A DNA stretch of 64,000 nucleotides from Felis catus (taxonomy: Eukaryota), in contig NC_058383.1 of assembly GCF_018350175.1 (NCBI RefSeq), positions 20,586,001 to 20,650,000 of the forward strand, in the 5' to 3' direction. A model generated the notes under the pieces. It worked only from the letters and a program-made list of their open reading frames with translations. It ran no database searches and was not told where the DNA came from. Of the stretch, positions 36,876-49,074 are shown piece by piece (the first letter of the stretch is position 1; each line of letters starts with the position of its first letter). Both the position numbers and the translations under genes were made by a program.

Positions 36876-37634
36876 CCTGCCTGCTCTGGACTGTGAGTCT
36901 GAGCTCTCCTTTTCGATAAAGGAAATTAGCAATGTTAGCTGTTAAAGACCTCTTAGCATCCAAATGAGATCCGCTCCTTTGACTTAAATGAAATCTTTTC
37001 AAAAAGATTGAAAGGGAATAATTTTCTCTTCCCTATCTCTAATTGCATGGGTCTGTACTTGTTCCTAATTCCTATAGCCAAACACACCTCTCCATCGGCC
37101 TCCAGCTGCCAGATGACACCTACATCTCATTTAGGATGGGACTATGTCAGCACTCTCTCTCACTGACCCCAGCAGATGGAACCCAGAAATAATAGATGGC
37201 CTCCACCAGAGTGCTGTCAGACTTACATGCACCTGGGATATCCTGTCTTTCCTCCATTTCTACTATTCTGGTTCTATCCCCGGGACTGGGATTTTCTGCC
37301 CACTTGGGTGCAAAGCATTCTACCGCACCACTATCACAGAAGCACACACTGATCCCAATCTCCTTCACTGAGGCTCTATTCGTTTTTGGAGACTTCTCCG
37401 AGGCTGGACTCGGAGTCTTAGCCAAGTTCTAGCACTTAGGGGAGGAATCATCAGGAAGATCCGTGTCTGGAGAGGGTGTGGAGGGTGTGCGGACCTGTGC
37501 TGCTGGTTGTGGGGGAGGGGCATGCGAAAAGTCACCACCTTTGTTGCACGTCTGATTGTGTTGCCTACACTTCTTCCTCTCACATCTGTGCACACAAGCC
37601 CGCAATCATCGCACCATGTTAAGAAAACTCCACT

Positions 37635-37864
37635 GGGGCGCCTGGGTGGCTCGGTCGGTTGAGCGTCCGACTTCGGCTCAGGTCACGATCTCACGGCCCA
37701 TGAGTTCGAGGCCCGTGTCGGGCTCTGGGCTGATGGCTCAGAGCCTGGAGCCTGTTTCCGATTCTGTGTCTCCCTCTCTCTCTCTGCCCCTCCCCTGTTC
37801 ATGCTCTGTCTCTCTCTGTCTCAAAAATAAATAAATGTTAAAAAAAAATTAAAAAAAAAAAAGA
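37635..37864 (+). mobile_element. SINEC_Fc, young
   Basis: Perfect 14-bp TSD aagaaaactccact at 37621-37634 and 37865-37878. Confidence 0.96.
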
Positions 37865-38419
37865 AAGAAAACTCCACTTTTGGAGAATGTGCTCAGGGTG
37901 AGTTAGCATCTATCCCTTTGCTATGCCCTTTTCACACTCCTACTTAGACCCTCTCACCGTAGCCCTGGCGAAGTTGGATTCTGCTTTGGCTGAAAGATCA
38001 CAGGGGGGCAGGACATTGTCCCCCAGCTGACCGTGGATCTCATCTCCTGCCTAGTCCACAGAACTTTTGTCCCATTCCAGAACTCAACACACATTTGATA
38101 CACTGTCTTAGGGACAAGCTTCCTCTTTCCTGGTCAACCCTTGTAGATGAATTCTCAGTAAGCTTCAAACCTACGCACCTTGAGTTGGAGTAGACATGCT
38201 ACTATGATTCCCGGGAAATAAAACGTTCCCCTTTCCATGTCCAAATGGCTGGCTTAGTGCAGAGAAAAACAAACACCACTGCCTCCTCTCCGGACAGACA
38301 TTACTGCCCCCAAGGGCTCGCTCCCCAGCGGCCTTCGGTCACGTCAACGCTCTTCCCTCGTTATTCTCAGAGCTTCCACTCCTGCTCGGAGCCTTGGGTG
38401 TGAGTCTTCTTTTGGGTGA

Positions 38420-38840
38420 GTGCATGCGCATGTGTGGGAATGTGGGCACAAACACCATCATACCCCACACAGCCTTCTAAAACCTGGGTTTTTTACTCAA
38501 TAATACTTCTTGAGAGCTTTCCAACGACCATTTGAAAATGGACGTTGCATTTGATGGTATAGGCAAACCGCTGTTTATTCTGTCATTCTTCTGTGGCAGA
38601 TCACGGACATCCCATGATGACCAAATAAGGCTTCAGGGAGGACCACTGCCCGTGCCTCGGTATGCACCGAGTGGAGTGTGTCCCTTACACAGCCCTGGAG
38701 AAACCGAACTGTGGGACCACGGGAGCTTGCGTATAAAGGTTTTCGTAGATACTGGCAAATCGCCCTCCACGCTGGTCATGCCAAATTATGTGCCCAGTCA
38801 CAGCGTGGGAGAGAACCCACGTCCCCCCCACCAGCTCTTA
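38420..38840 (-). mobile_element. Ancient L1 (L1ME-like) fragment
   Basis: ttttcgtagatactggcaaatcgccctcca...ccaaattatgtgcccagtcacagcgtgggagagaaccc resembles the reversed L1M ORF2 3' region. Confidence 0.65.
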
Positions 38841-39599
38841 AAGGTACCGAACCTCTGATTTCCACCAATCTTGTCACTGACAGCCCATCCTCAGGACACA
38901 GCCCATGTGACCTGTTTTCCCCACGTTGGAGGGACCCCTCCCTTCTCTGGTCTCCACCGTCCGTGGCTAATTCCGTTTCCATAACTGACCCATCACACCA
39001 TACAGCACCTATGTATTTCCTTGTTTTCTCTACCAGACTGTAAGTTCCTTGGGGAAAGGGCCAAAATAGGGTCCCAGGCAGTGTGCTTAGGTGGACCGGA
39101 TTCACCCCCTGCTTTTTCCAGATGCCACAACACGCCTCTGCCAGGAACTCTTGACCCCCCCCCCCCCAGCAGCACAGGGAACAGGTGGAGTTTCACATGA
39201 ACTTTCGGCATTGAGGAGTATTCACGTGAAAAGAATTTCGTGTGGAAATTCACGTGGTTGGGTGCAGCTGCGCAGAAATACGAGAGGGACACAATTCAAA
39301 AGAAAGGCAAGAATTAACACCAGCGTGGCCCTGCCGTCCCCTGCATTTTAGCTCCTCAGTGAGGAACACGGTGTCCTGGCCACAAACCCCCCATGTGCCC
39401 CCCGCCCCCAACTCTGCATTTGAGCCACGTGGAACTTCTTGCCATTTTCTGGGTAGGCTAAGATTCTGTCATATCTTGGATTTCACATAGGATGTTCCAA
39501 GTTCTGAAATGCCCTTATTTTCTTGCCCACTGTCTGGGTCAACTCTTGTTAATGGCATGTCCGATCTGAAGGCTTTCTCCCCTGTGTGGCTTGTCTGAG

Positions 39600-39600
<1 letters not shown>

Positions 39601-39638
<38 letters not shown>

Positions 39639-39984
39639 TATATCTATATGTGTGTGTGTGTATACGTATATATATACGTATACATATATGTATATATATG
39701 TATATACGTATACATATATATATGTATATATGTATACATATGTATGTATACGTATATATATTATATACATATATGTATACGTATATAATATATACGTATA
39801 CATATATATACATATATGTGTATATGTATATATGTATACATATACACACATATGTATATACATATATGTGTATATATACGTATATATATGTATACGTATA
39901 TATGTATACGTATATACACATATATATACATATATGTATGTGTATATATATATACGTATATATATGTGTATATATGTATATATA
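39601..39984. repeat. Compound (CA)n-(TA/TG/TACG)n alternating purine-pyrimidine tract, ~385 bp
   Basis: Directly visible; almost uninterrupted RY alternation. Confidence 0.97.
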
Positions 39985-40329
39985 AAATATACAACATAAA
40001 AATAAACACACACAAACCCATGAGTTACTGATATCGTGCCCATCTGTGTGAAGCTCCCCAGCATCTCAAACCCTCCCAGATGTTGTGCCAGGGGGATGCG
40101 TGAGAGGGAGAAAAAGGGAGAGGGGATAAGGAGGACGGCACGTCTGTGTGCATTCTGGAAAATGTCACCCTGGCAATTAAAGGCTCATCCTGGAAACGAT
40201 TCTCATCATTTCTGCTAATTGACCCAAACCATATGATTCCCTCACCCCCACCCATAAAGCAAGAGGCAGGCTGGCAGCTGCTGGAGAATTCCCCTAAGGA
40301 CTGAAGCGGCACTCTCCCGAATTGTGTGC

Positions 40330-41356
40330 TTATCATTCCCTTGCAGTGTGTATATATTGTATCGTTTCTACACAATGCATGGCTCAGCTTGCTGGTTTGT
40401 GAAAGTGGCATCACCCCGGATTTCTTCTTTGGTTGATTTTTAAAAATCAGGCATTATCTTTGTAAATCTATTCATCCTGCTGCATTGAGGGTGGTTAATT
40501 CATTTTTTATGGCTGTATGATATTCCACCCGTGTGACCGCGGCATTACCTATCCATGGTCTCGATGATGGACACTGGGGTTCGTTCTGGATTTTTTACTT
40601 TATTAACCATGCCGCTGGGCCAATTCTCATACACGCCTCCTGGGATACGGCAAGATAAAGGACAAGAGTCTCTTCAGGGTGTTTGCCAAACAATGGAAAT
40701 GCTGAGCCACGTGTCTGTGATAATTATCCTTATAAGTAGCAGGTCAACTGTTCACAAGAGTTAATATCATCCTTCTCATTGTGACCTGATTTGCGCTACT
40801 GTCTTCATTTGGGTTTCTCTGAGCTGGAGAGACCGTGTTTGTTTGCTAATGATTTGTGTTTCCTCCTGAGTGAGACACGTATATCTTTTTGCCCATTTTT
40901 TTATTGGATCTTTTGTCTTTTTGATTTGTAGGAATTCTCTGGATAGTCTACCTACTATTCCTTTCTCTGTTATACAGATTGCAAACAGCTTCTCCCGGTT
41001 CGTGGCTTAACTTCTCTATCACCTTTTTTGTGTATCTTTTGGTGGTCCAACTTTCCCCTGTTAAAGTAGTTTAATTTGTCAATATTTTGTGGCTAGGCTT
41101 TTTGTTTCCTGTTTAAAAAATCCTCCTCTGGGGGTGCCTGGGTTAAACGTCAGTCGGTTTAAACGTCCGACTTTGGCTCAGGTCATGATCTCATGGTTTG
41201 TGGGTTCAAGCCCCACGTCGGGCTCTGTGCTGACAGCTCAGAGCCTGGAGCCTGCTTCAGATTCTGTGTCTCCCTCTTTCTCTGCCCCTTCCCCGCTCAC
41301 ATTCTATCTCTCAAAAATAAACGCTAAAAACATTAAAAAAAATTCCTTCTCTGCCT
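40330..41356 (-). mobile_element. Ancient L1 (L1ME-like) fragment interrupted by a SINE
   Basis: ttcattttttatggctgtatgatattcca...gatggacactgggg...tttgcccattttttattgga...gatttgtaggaattct...gttatacagattgcaaa. Confidence 0.8.
41131..41338 (+). mobile_element. SINEC_Fc
   Basis: Full SINE; degenerate TSD aaaaaatcctcctctg / aaaaattccttctctg. Confidence 0.93.
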
Positions 41357-41389
41357 TCCTTCTCTGCATATGTATATGCACATACACTT

Positions 41390-42110
41390 TCAAGCAGAGG
41401 AAACGGTGAGTGCAAAGGTCCTGCGGTCCTGGGGTAGGCGTGCTCTGAGCGTGCATGGGAAGAGTCAGGCCAGTGGGCTGGAGACCATGGCAGAAGATGA
41501 AGTCAGAGAAGTATCAGAAGGCCTGATAATAAAGCTTTATTCTGACTGCGATGGGGAGTGAGTCCTTGGAGTTTTCTGAACAGAGGATATGGAGGGTCAC
41601 GGTCCGGATTACAGTTTTCCAGGACTTTACTGATGCGTTCGCATGGACTGCACCCCTGGTGCAGAAGCCAGGAAACCCCCCACGACAGCAGCTGCCGCAG
41701 GCCAGGCGAGAGACGGCAGTGGGGGGTGGCGGGGAGGTGGGCGGAGACCGGGCGTACTTGGAAGAATCCACTGGTGGATTGCTCGTGGAGCGCCAGGGGA
41801 AGAGGGATGTGAGGGGGGCTCCGGGTCACTACTGGGTTGGAGGAAGACACAGAGAACATCTGGGCGCTGTGTGGGGCGAACATCAGGAGGTCCACCTGAG
41901 ACGCGCCGCGTTCACGATGCCTTGTGGACCCCCAGGTGCAAACGCCCCGCACGCAAGGAGTACGCGAGTCTGGGAGAGACTGGGGTGGAGAAGTGCTGGA
42001 GCGTTGACAACGCAGACAGACGGCACACACTGAGGCCTACAGAGATGAGAACCGTCCAAGGGCTGAGCCCTGGGGGCGTCTGTGCAAGGATCTCAGGGGT
42101 TGGAGGCGCG
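41390..42110 (-). mobile_element. L2 fragment (CpG-enriched)
   Basis: gcagaggaaacggtgagtgcaaaggtcctg...ggagttttctgaacagagga...ggattgctcgtggag...ggctccgggt...gggctgagccctggggg. Confidence 0.7.
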
Positions 42111-42833
42111 GGGACAGGAACGTGCCAGGGGGTGAGCTTCAAGGAGCAGGTGCCTCCAGACAGGACGTTTCTTCCCCACCCGCGGGCTGAGTCTGCAACC
42201 TGGGCGGCCCCGCGACACAGGCCGCGCTTGGCGGCTCCCGCCCGTCTCTTCCTCCACCCCCGGACGAATTACTAGCGCTAGTAAATGTCTGCTCTGGCTC
42301 ATCAATGCAGAAGGCCCACCACACAGACCGCAACCGCCTGTAATCGAGGCTCACGCGCATGCAGAAAAGACTGGCGCGCGCGGAAGATATAAACGACGCT
42401 GTCGCCCGCGGTTGCCGCAGGAAACGGGGCCGCTGAGATGGAAATTGCATCGTGGGTTTACTGCCGAGACAACCTGCCTCCCTTTGCCACCGCCGCCCTG
42501 GAAGGCAGAAGGAATTAGCTGTAAATATTTTACAGGTGGTAATTTGCAGGAGTAAATCACGGTTCGTTTTGCCAGAGCGTGTGCTGAACGAGCTTGAGTT
42601 TCTTTTTCTCCTGGAGGTTATTTGTGATGTCATCTTACCGGTTTCATCCTGCGTTTAATCTAGTCCACCACATGTTTATGGCTTCTTATGCTAAATGATT
42701 GTGTGTCTTCTGGACGGGCTGGAGCGTCGGGACCGGGTGGGGCGGCAAACAGGATTCCTTCCAGTGTTCTAAGACTTGACCCATTGGGCCCCCATACTCA
42801 TTGCGGCTCTTTATTCATTCACTTACTAGGCAG

Positions 42834-43019
42834 TTTTTTTTTTTTAGAATGAGGGAGGGAGGGAGGGGGAGAGGGGGAGAGGGAGAGGGGGAGAATACAT
42901 AAGCAACCTTCACGTTTAGCATGGAGCCCAACGCAGGACTCGATCCCACGACCCTGGGATCATGACCTGAGCCCAAATCAAGAGGCAGCTGCTTAACCCA
43001 CCGAGCCCCCCAGGCGCCC
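42834..43019 (-). mobile_element. Old CanSINE inside an L2 end
   Basis: Reversed head ...gagccccccaggcgccc; degenerate TSD cacttactaggca / catttactaagca. Confidence 0.88.
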
Positions 43020-43169
43020 TTCATTTACTAAGCAACTTCTCACTGATCCCTGCAACCAGAAACTCCACTACATCCTAGGAGATAAAGATCAATGTTACCT
43101 GCCCCGATTACTGCCTACTGGGGAGATCCCCAATAATACCTAAAAGTTACTCCTACCAATAAATACCCA

Positions 43170-43360
43170 CTAGTAATATTTACTGAGATCTTACTACACG
43201 TCAGGCATCGGTCCAAGCTCTCTGTAAAATTAAGCTCATGGTCCCCTTACCACAATCCTCTGGGGTAACAATTACTTGTCTCCCTATTTCACAGATAAGG
43301 AAACTGAGGCGCAGGGTAGTTCCGTGCTTTACCCAAGGTCACACAGCTGGCAGAGTTCTG
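43170..43360 (-). mobile_element. MIR
   Basis: atttactgagatcttactacacgtcaggca...ccctatttcacagataaggaaactgaggcgcag...cccaaggtcacacagct. Confidence 0.85.
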
Positions 43361-43840
43361 TTAGGGCAGCCCCATCCACCACTCTTCGACGCTACCCTTG
43401 ATATGCAAAGAAGCCAGGGGAAGCCGGCTCATTATGATTAAGCACCTGTCACATATGCTTTATGATGTAGATTTACATTCGGATTTACAGTGCCTTATAA
43501 CGGAGATCTGTAAGGGGATTTCTATGACAACACATCCTTTCATTTCTAATTCTGGAAAATAAGCTCTGTGATTTTACTCCTTTCACCAAGGAACACGAGG
43601 CTCAGACAGTGACCCACCCCGCAAACATACCCTAATAAAATGCCGCCAGCCTGAGATACGCATACAGGATTTTCGGACCCTTGCCTCAAACACATTTCAT
43701 GCTGCAGTGTGCTGAGAGCTGGCGTAGACCAAGGTCTGTTCGAGGCACTGTGAGGCCAGAAGAGGGAAAATCTGACCCCTGAAAGGGGGAAGAGGGGGCG
43801 CCTAGTCTAAATTGTGAAGACAAAGAGCATTTGATTTCTC

Positions 43841-43966
43841 AAAAAAAAATTTTTTTTAACCCTTATTCATTTTTGAGAGAAAGAGCATGAACAAGGGAGG
43901 GGCAGAGAGAGAGGGAGACACAGAATCCGAAGCGGGCTCCAGGCTCTGAGCTGTCAGCACAGAGCC
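43841..43966 (-). mobile_element. 5'-truncated SINEC_Fc
   Basis: Reversed tail and 3' half only, stopping at gtcagcacagagcc. Confidence 0.88.
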
Positions 43967-44645
43967 GAGGTTTTTGTTTTGCCTAAATTCATGCACACAG
44001 GACGCGACAGGTCGATCTGCACTCAGCAGAGGAGAGGTTAGGCGGGAAAATGACACAGTGAAGGCTCAGGGCAGAGAGAGTCCCCATGACATCTTCCCTG
44101 CTGTCCCCTCTATGCTAGGGGGTCAGCACAGGGAGAAAGGCGTCTGGTTTCACTTTCCCCCTGCTCACTTACCTGCCGTGAGTTGCTGAGCAGATCACTG
44201 CCCTTCTTGGCCCCCACAGCGGAATATCCCCAGAGCCACCCAAAGGCGGGGGGCCGAATGTGCGAGTCCGTGTCCCTACTCCAATCAGAGAGGGCTGGTC
44301 TCAGCTCCGTGGCTCTGAACGGGGCCTGTCTGAGTTAAATCTCACACCCTGCCGTCCTTTCGATGTTCAGCTCTTGGCTTCCATGCTTTTTGGCCCATCA
44401 CTGAGAACACTGGTTTCCAACGATCAACAAGAAATGTCTCGGGTGAACTTTCTGTAAAGGGGAATTTACTCAAAGGATATGTACACATGGTGACTCATAA
44501 GCTTACGAATAGCTTTGGAAGAGGTAGGAGGAGGGGAAACCCGGGAACACAGATGGGCCACAGGATCTCATGGATAGTCTTGGTAGGGCACCATCACAGG
44601 AATGGTCCTACAAGGACCCCCTTTCTCCTCCATTTTCCCGTTCTT

Positions 44646-44849
44646 TTTTTTTTAATGTTTATGTATTTATTTTGAAAGAGAGAGGGGAGGGGATGGAGGG
44701 CAGAGAGAAGGGAACGAGAGAATCCCAAGCAGGCTCCACACTGTCAGTGCAGAGCCTGACGTGGGGCTTGATCCCACGAACCATGAGATCATGACCTGAG
44801 CCAAAGTCAAGAGTCAGATGCTCAACTGACTAAGCCACCCAGGCACCCC
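44646..44849 (-). mobile_element. CanSINE
   Basis: Reversed full SINE; degenerate TSD tccattttcccgttctt / tccatttcttccttctt. Confidence 0.92.
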
Positions 44850-45119
44850 GTCCATTTCTTCCTTCTTCATTCCTTATCATCTCTGATCCCTCCTTTCTTT
44901 CGCTGCTTCTTGTTTTTTTTTTTGTATCACGCCATGAGAGATCTGAATTCCTGGCAGAAAGTATCTGTTCTAGTTTATTATGCAAGGGACTGACAGCCTC
45001 AAACCACATACAGTGAGACTGAGGCGACTCCCCGTGTGCAAACTGGGGTGCATTTAAGCCAGAAGACCAGATCAAAGGTAATATCTGAACAGGGTTACAG
45101 ACGCATGGAAGCCAGCTGT

Positions 45120-45900
45120 GTGGAGGGAGGCAGAGGAAACTGGTGCAAAATTCTGGACTGAGACGTGTCTGGTGTATCTGAGGGTCAGGGAGGGAGAGGG
45201 TAGCATGACTGGAATGAAGCGTGGGGGGACGGTGGGGAGAGGAGGGCAGGGAAAGAGCCGGACACACAATGTAAAGCCTTGCTGGCCACTGTGAGGAACG
45301 AGGCTTTTGTCTTGAGTGACACGGAACCATTGGATGGTTCTGAGTAAGGAGAGGACGTGGCTGGACTTACACATTGGGAAGACCGTTCTGATTGCTGTGG
45401 GGAGGCCAGGCTCCAGGGGGTAAGTGATGGAGAAAGACGACTAACTGAGAGGCTACTGACATAGGGTGAGAGGTCATGGTGGCTGGGGCAAAGGTGAATG
45501 CCACGAGGGCTGGACGGGATGTTGAATTTGCTTGTCGATTGATTGAAAGCAGGACAGACAGAAAAGAACCAAGGACAGCTCCAAGGTTCCTGCCCTACAT
45601 GAAAGGAAGCTAGAGCCAAGAACTTCTAAGAAGACTCACACAGGACAGGAGTTTGGGGAGCTGAAAAATGAAGAGTTTGCTTTGGGACATGTTGATTTCG
45701 AGGGGCTTCTTAGACGTGGGGGTGTTGAGAAGGCAGCTGGATTTACCAGTCTAGAGCTAACAGGTTTGGACAGGAAAGTATAACTTGGAAATCGGCACAC
45801 GGGTAGTCTTTTAAGCCTTACCACCAGCTCAGCTCACAGAGGCACTGGGTGAACATACAGAAAATGCCTGAGGATCGAGTCCTTGTGCCGTCCGGGAGCC
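45120..45900 (-). mobile_element. L2 fragment
   Basis: gccttgctggccactgtgaggaa...gaaccattggatggttctgagtaagg...gagtttgctttgggacatgttgatttcgagg...gagaaggcagctggat. Confidence 0.82.
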
Positions 45901-46954
45901 TCAACTATAACGTTTCTAGAAAAGGAATCTGTGGATCCTTCAAAAGTAGCCATAGCACAGAATGGTCATTCTTTGGTCACTTACTAAGGTCAGAAGACTG
46001 AGTCTAACCGATGTCAGCTCACTGGCCCACAGTCCTTTATCAATCATTATCAATTACAAATGGTAGGCAGGGCCACCGCTGGCGGTCAGCATGGAGACAA
46101 GTATGGGTTTGGTGGAGAGAGGCTGGGTCCCCAAGCTTCCATGAGGACAGTCTGGTCCCTGACATACGGGTAAGGTGACTGGTTCATGGTACCAGTGGAA
46201 GGGATACCTTCAAACAAGACAGTGTTAAGGCCTACAAATGATCTAACCAAGCCGGTTTATTTAACCCAATTTCTCTAAATGAACAACCCACCTAATAGTT
46301 CTATCTAGTCAAATGTAGTTATTCTTTTTTTCTCTTTAAACTACCTTTACGGAATTTTAAGAATTGATACAATAGTTTAAAAGCATTCCAATTTTACTTT
46401 GTATTTCGTGTGCGTGTTTACCAAATTTGCGCGTTTTATGAAAGATGGGCTTTCTCTGTATTGGTGTGGGCGTTGCCGTATGTTTTAGCTACTTTCAAAT
46501 ACTTTATGCAGTTTTTAGTGACACTGATAAAAAAAAAACATTCCTAAAATTTGGTTTCCAGGGAAAAAAAGAATTGGATACAGAAATGGATGTGAAACAC
46601 TCAAGGGTATTGAATTTTAAATGATATGGTCGTTAACTGAATTTATTGCCGGGCAAAATGGTGTTAGGTTAATTAAGATGAGGAGATATTGATTAACCAG
46701 GTGCCGAAGTCTCATTCCTGGGGAGCGAATAGAGTAGCCGGAAGGATTCGTGGGAAGGAAAGAAGGTATTTGGGGATGAAGGATACATACTTCCTGACCG
46801 GGATGCCCAGAGTAGCTCCTGTCCATCTTACGAGGCCAGTGAGGATTTTACTCCGCACACTTTCGGCAGCCAACAGCAGTTTTCGTGGTTATTTTGTGAG
46901 CTCAAGTCAGATCTTTCCCTTCCTTAGAGAAGGGTTGTGATTTCCTGAGAAGAA

Positions 46955-47150
46955 AACTGGGTTGGAGTCACATGTATCTAAACTGAAATCTAGCCCTTAA
47001 CAACTTATTAACTGTACCACTGATGTGTTCTCTTCCATTCTGCTTTACGTCTGGAGCCTAGTTTCCTCATCGATGATGGTGATAATAACGCCTCCTTTAC
47101 AAACCCCATTGTTTTGGAGATTAAATAAGGTAATTATATTAAAACACCAA
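46955..47150 (+). mobile_element. MIR
   Basis: tctggagcctagtttcctcatc...gttttggagattaaataaggtaat. Confidence 0.7.
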
Positions 47151-47154
47151 GTTC

Positions 47155-47510
47155 TGGGTGGCCAGGTTAGGCTAGCTGCTCTCCAAAACCCATTTACTCC
47201 TACCCCTGGACAGATAACTGGACTACATTTCCCAGCTTCCCTTGCAGCTGGACGTGGTCACGTGACGGAGTTCTAGCCAATGGAATATGCACTAAAGTGA
47301 TATGTTCACTCCCCTAACCCTAGATCTGCCCTATAAAAATTTCCCGCCTGTGATCTCCCACGTTCCTTCCTCTTCTACACGGGCATATGTTTATACCAGG
47401 AACAGTCTTGGAAGCTGGGTGTTTCTAATGTTAGAACCTCCATTAGTCTGGGCTCCTCCTGTTTGGGGAAAACCTCCCCTCCCCTTGGCCAATAATCTGT
47501 AGTGAACAGC
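47155..47510 (+). mobile_element. LTR16-like ERVL solo LTR
   Basis: gactacatttcccagcttcccttgcagctgg...ggtcacgtgacggagttctagccaatggaatatg...aagtgatatgt is the LTR16-family signature. Confidence 0.8.
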
Positions 47511-48029
47511 GACAACAACCACAAAAGGAGCTAAATAATTATTTGTTTTCTTTCATCCTATCCTCAAGATGAAGAACACGGGCAAATGAGCTGAAACCCA
47601 GAGAGAGTCAATAGCCTAACGTTGTACAAGAGAGACGCCATGCAAACATAACGCCTGGCCGTTGGTGGGTGGCGACTGGAGTGTGTTTGTTTTGCACGGA
47701 CCAGATAGTGAGTGGGATAACAAGCCGCATGCCCCCCAAGGGAACGCTGTTTCAAGGGATGGTATTTGACTTCCCTTGATTTGTTACCATGTGAAGAACC
47801 GGCCAGGGAGAAAATGGTAACACCAGGGGAGAAAGAAACAGCAATTATGGCGAGACTAGTAAGAAACCCATACGCTTCTTCCTACAGCAACATGGAGAAT
47901 CCAAAGGACTTTTGAGAGCCTGGAGGATTAATGACAAATGTCCCAGGGGGGAAGGAAATACCAGGACTGGGGATCCCGGGTGATGATTATGGCAGATACC
48001 ACGGAGACTTTCCTGATAAAGAAAATTCT

Positions 48030-48315
48030 TTTTTTAAAAAATTAATTAATTTATTTTTTAATATAATGATCTCATTATAATCGTTTTATTTCTTTTTCAA
48101 TTTTTTTTAACTTTTTTTAAAATTTATTTTTGAGACAGAGAGAGACAAAGCATGAACGGGGGAGGGTCAGAGAGAGGGAGACACAGAATCTGAAACAGGC
48201 TCCAGGCTCTGGGCTGTCAGCACAGAGCCCGACGCGGGGCTCGAACTCACGGACCGCGAGATCATGACCTGAGCCGAAGTCGGCCGCTCAACCGACGGAG
48301 CCACCCCGGGCGCCC
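48030..48315 (-). mobile_element. SINEC_Fc with extended composite tail
   Basis: 18-bp TSD cctgataa(a/g)gaaaattct at 48012-48029 and 48316-48333 enclosing the SINE plus extra tail sequence. Confidence 0.95.
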
Positions 48316-48787
48316 CCTGATAAGGAAAATTCTAATGGTGACAACTGTGGGACCTTATTAAGACTGGATTTTTGTGCGACCTCAGGCTTTCGAGTGCCAT
48401 GAGCCAGTTTTATAACCGCCTGTCGTATTGACCCACCCACCCTCAACCGAACCACCTTCTGTATCTATAAATCAACTGTGCCTGCAGGTAGGATGGGCTT
48501 TTGCATTAGGCAGCTTCTATTTTTCTTATATCCTTGCAAGAAGGGAATGGCTACCAAAAGAAATGTAATACAATCAGAAAACCACCCACATTATTATGGC
48601 AGAGCCTTACTATTGGGGTCACGTGAGAACTTCTTGTATGTTAAGACAATATGACCCTGAAACAAGATTTTGAAAGGACACCGTGGGGATACTGCAGAAG
48701 GAAAGGGTGGCAGGGGGCAGTTACAAAAGGCATTTAAGTTGGGTTACTTGGCTGTGAAAAAAAGTTGTGAGATCGCACAGTAAAAAC

Positions 48788-48968
48788 CATCTATCCATCT
48801 ATGCATCCATCCATGTGTCCATCCATCCATGCAGCCATCAGCCCATCATGAATCCATTCAATAGGCAGTGATTGAGGACTATCTCTAGCTCCTTTCCATC
48901 TACCTTTATCTATGTATCTATCTATCTACCCATCATCTCTCATCTGTCTGTCTACTCTATCATCTATC
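48788..48968. repeat. Degenerate (CATC)n/(TATC)n low-complexity tract
   Basis: Directly visible tetranucleotide-like repeats. Confidence 0.7.
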
Positions 48969-49074
48969 TGCAGGAAGTATAAAGAAAAGTAACTGGGAAT
49001 CCTATGGAAAAGGAAAAGAACATACAGATTCCTAATAGACGTAACCGGCATGTTTCATCTCACGGATTTGTGTA

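Noticed and set aside
39469..40064. Several 65-180 aa Y/I/V/C/T-rich ORFs
   Set aside because: Translations of the dinucleotide microsatellite, which lacks stops by composition
41503..42633. Overlapping 160-210 aa ORFs on both strands
   Set aside because: GC-rich L2 remnant and CpG block with few stop codons; no recognisable domain or splice structure
43788..43805. CTCF-like agggggcgc motif
   Set aside because: Only the 3' half matches the CTCF core; insufficient support
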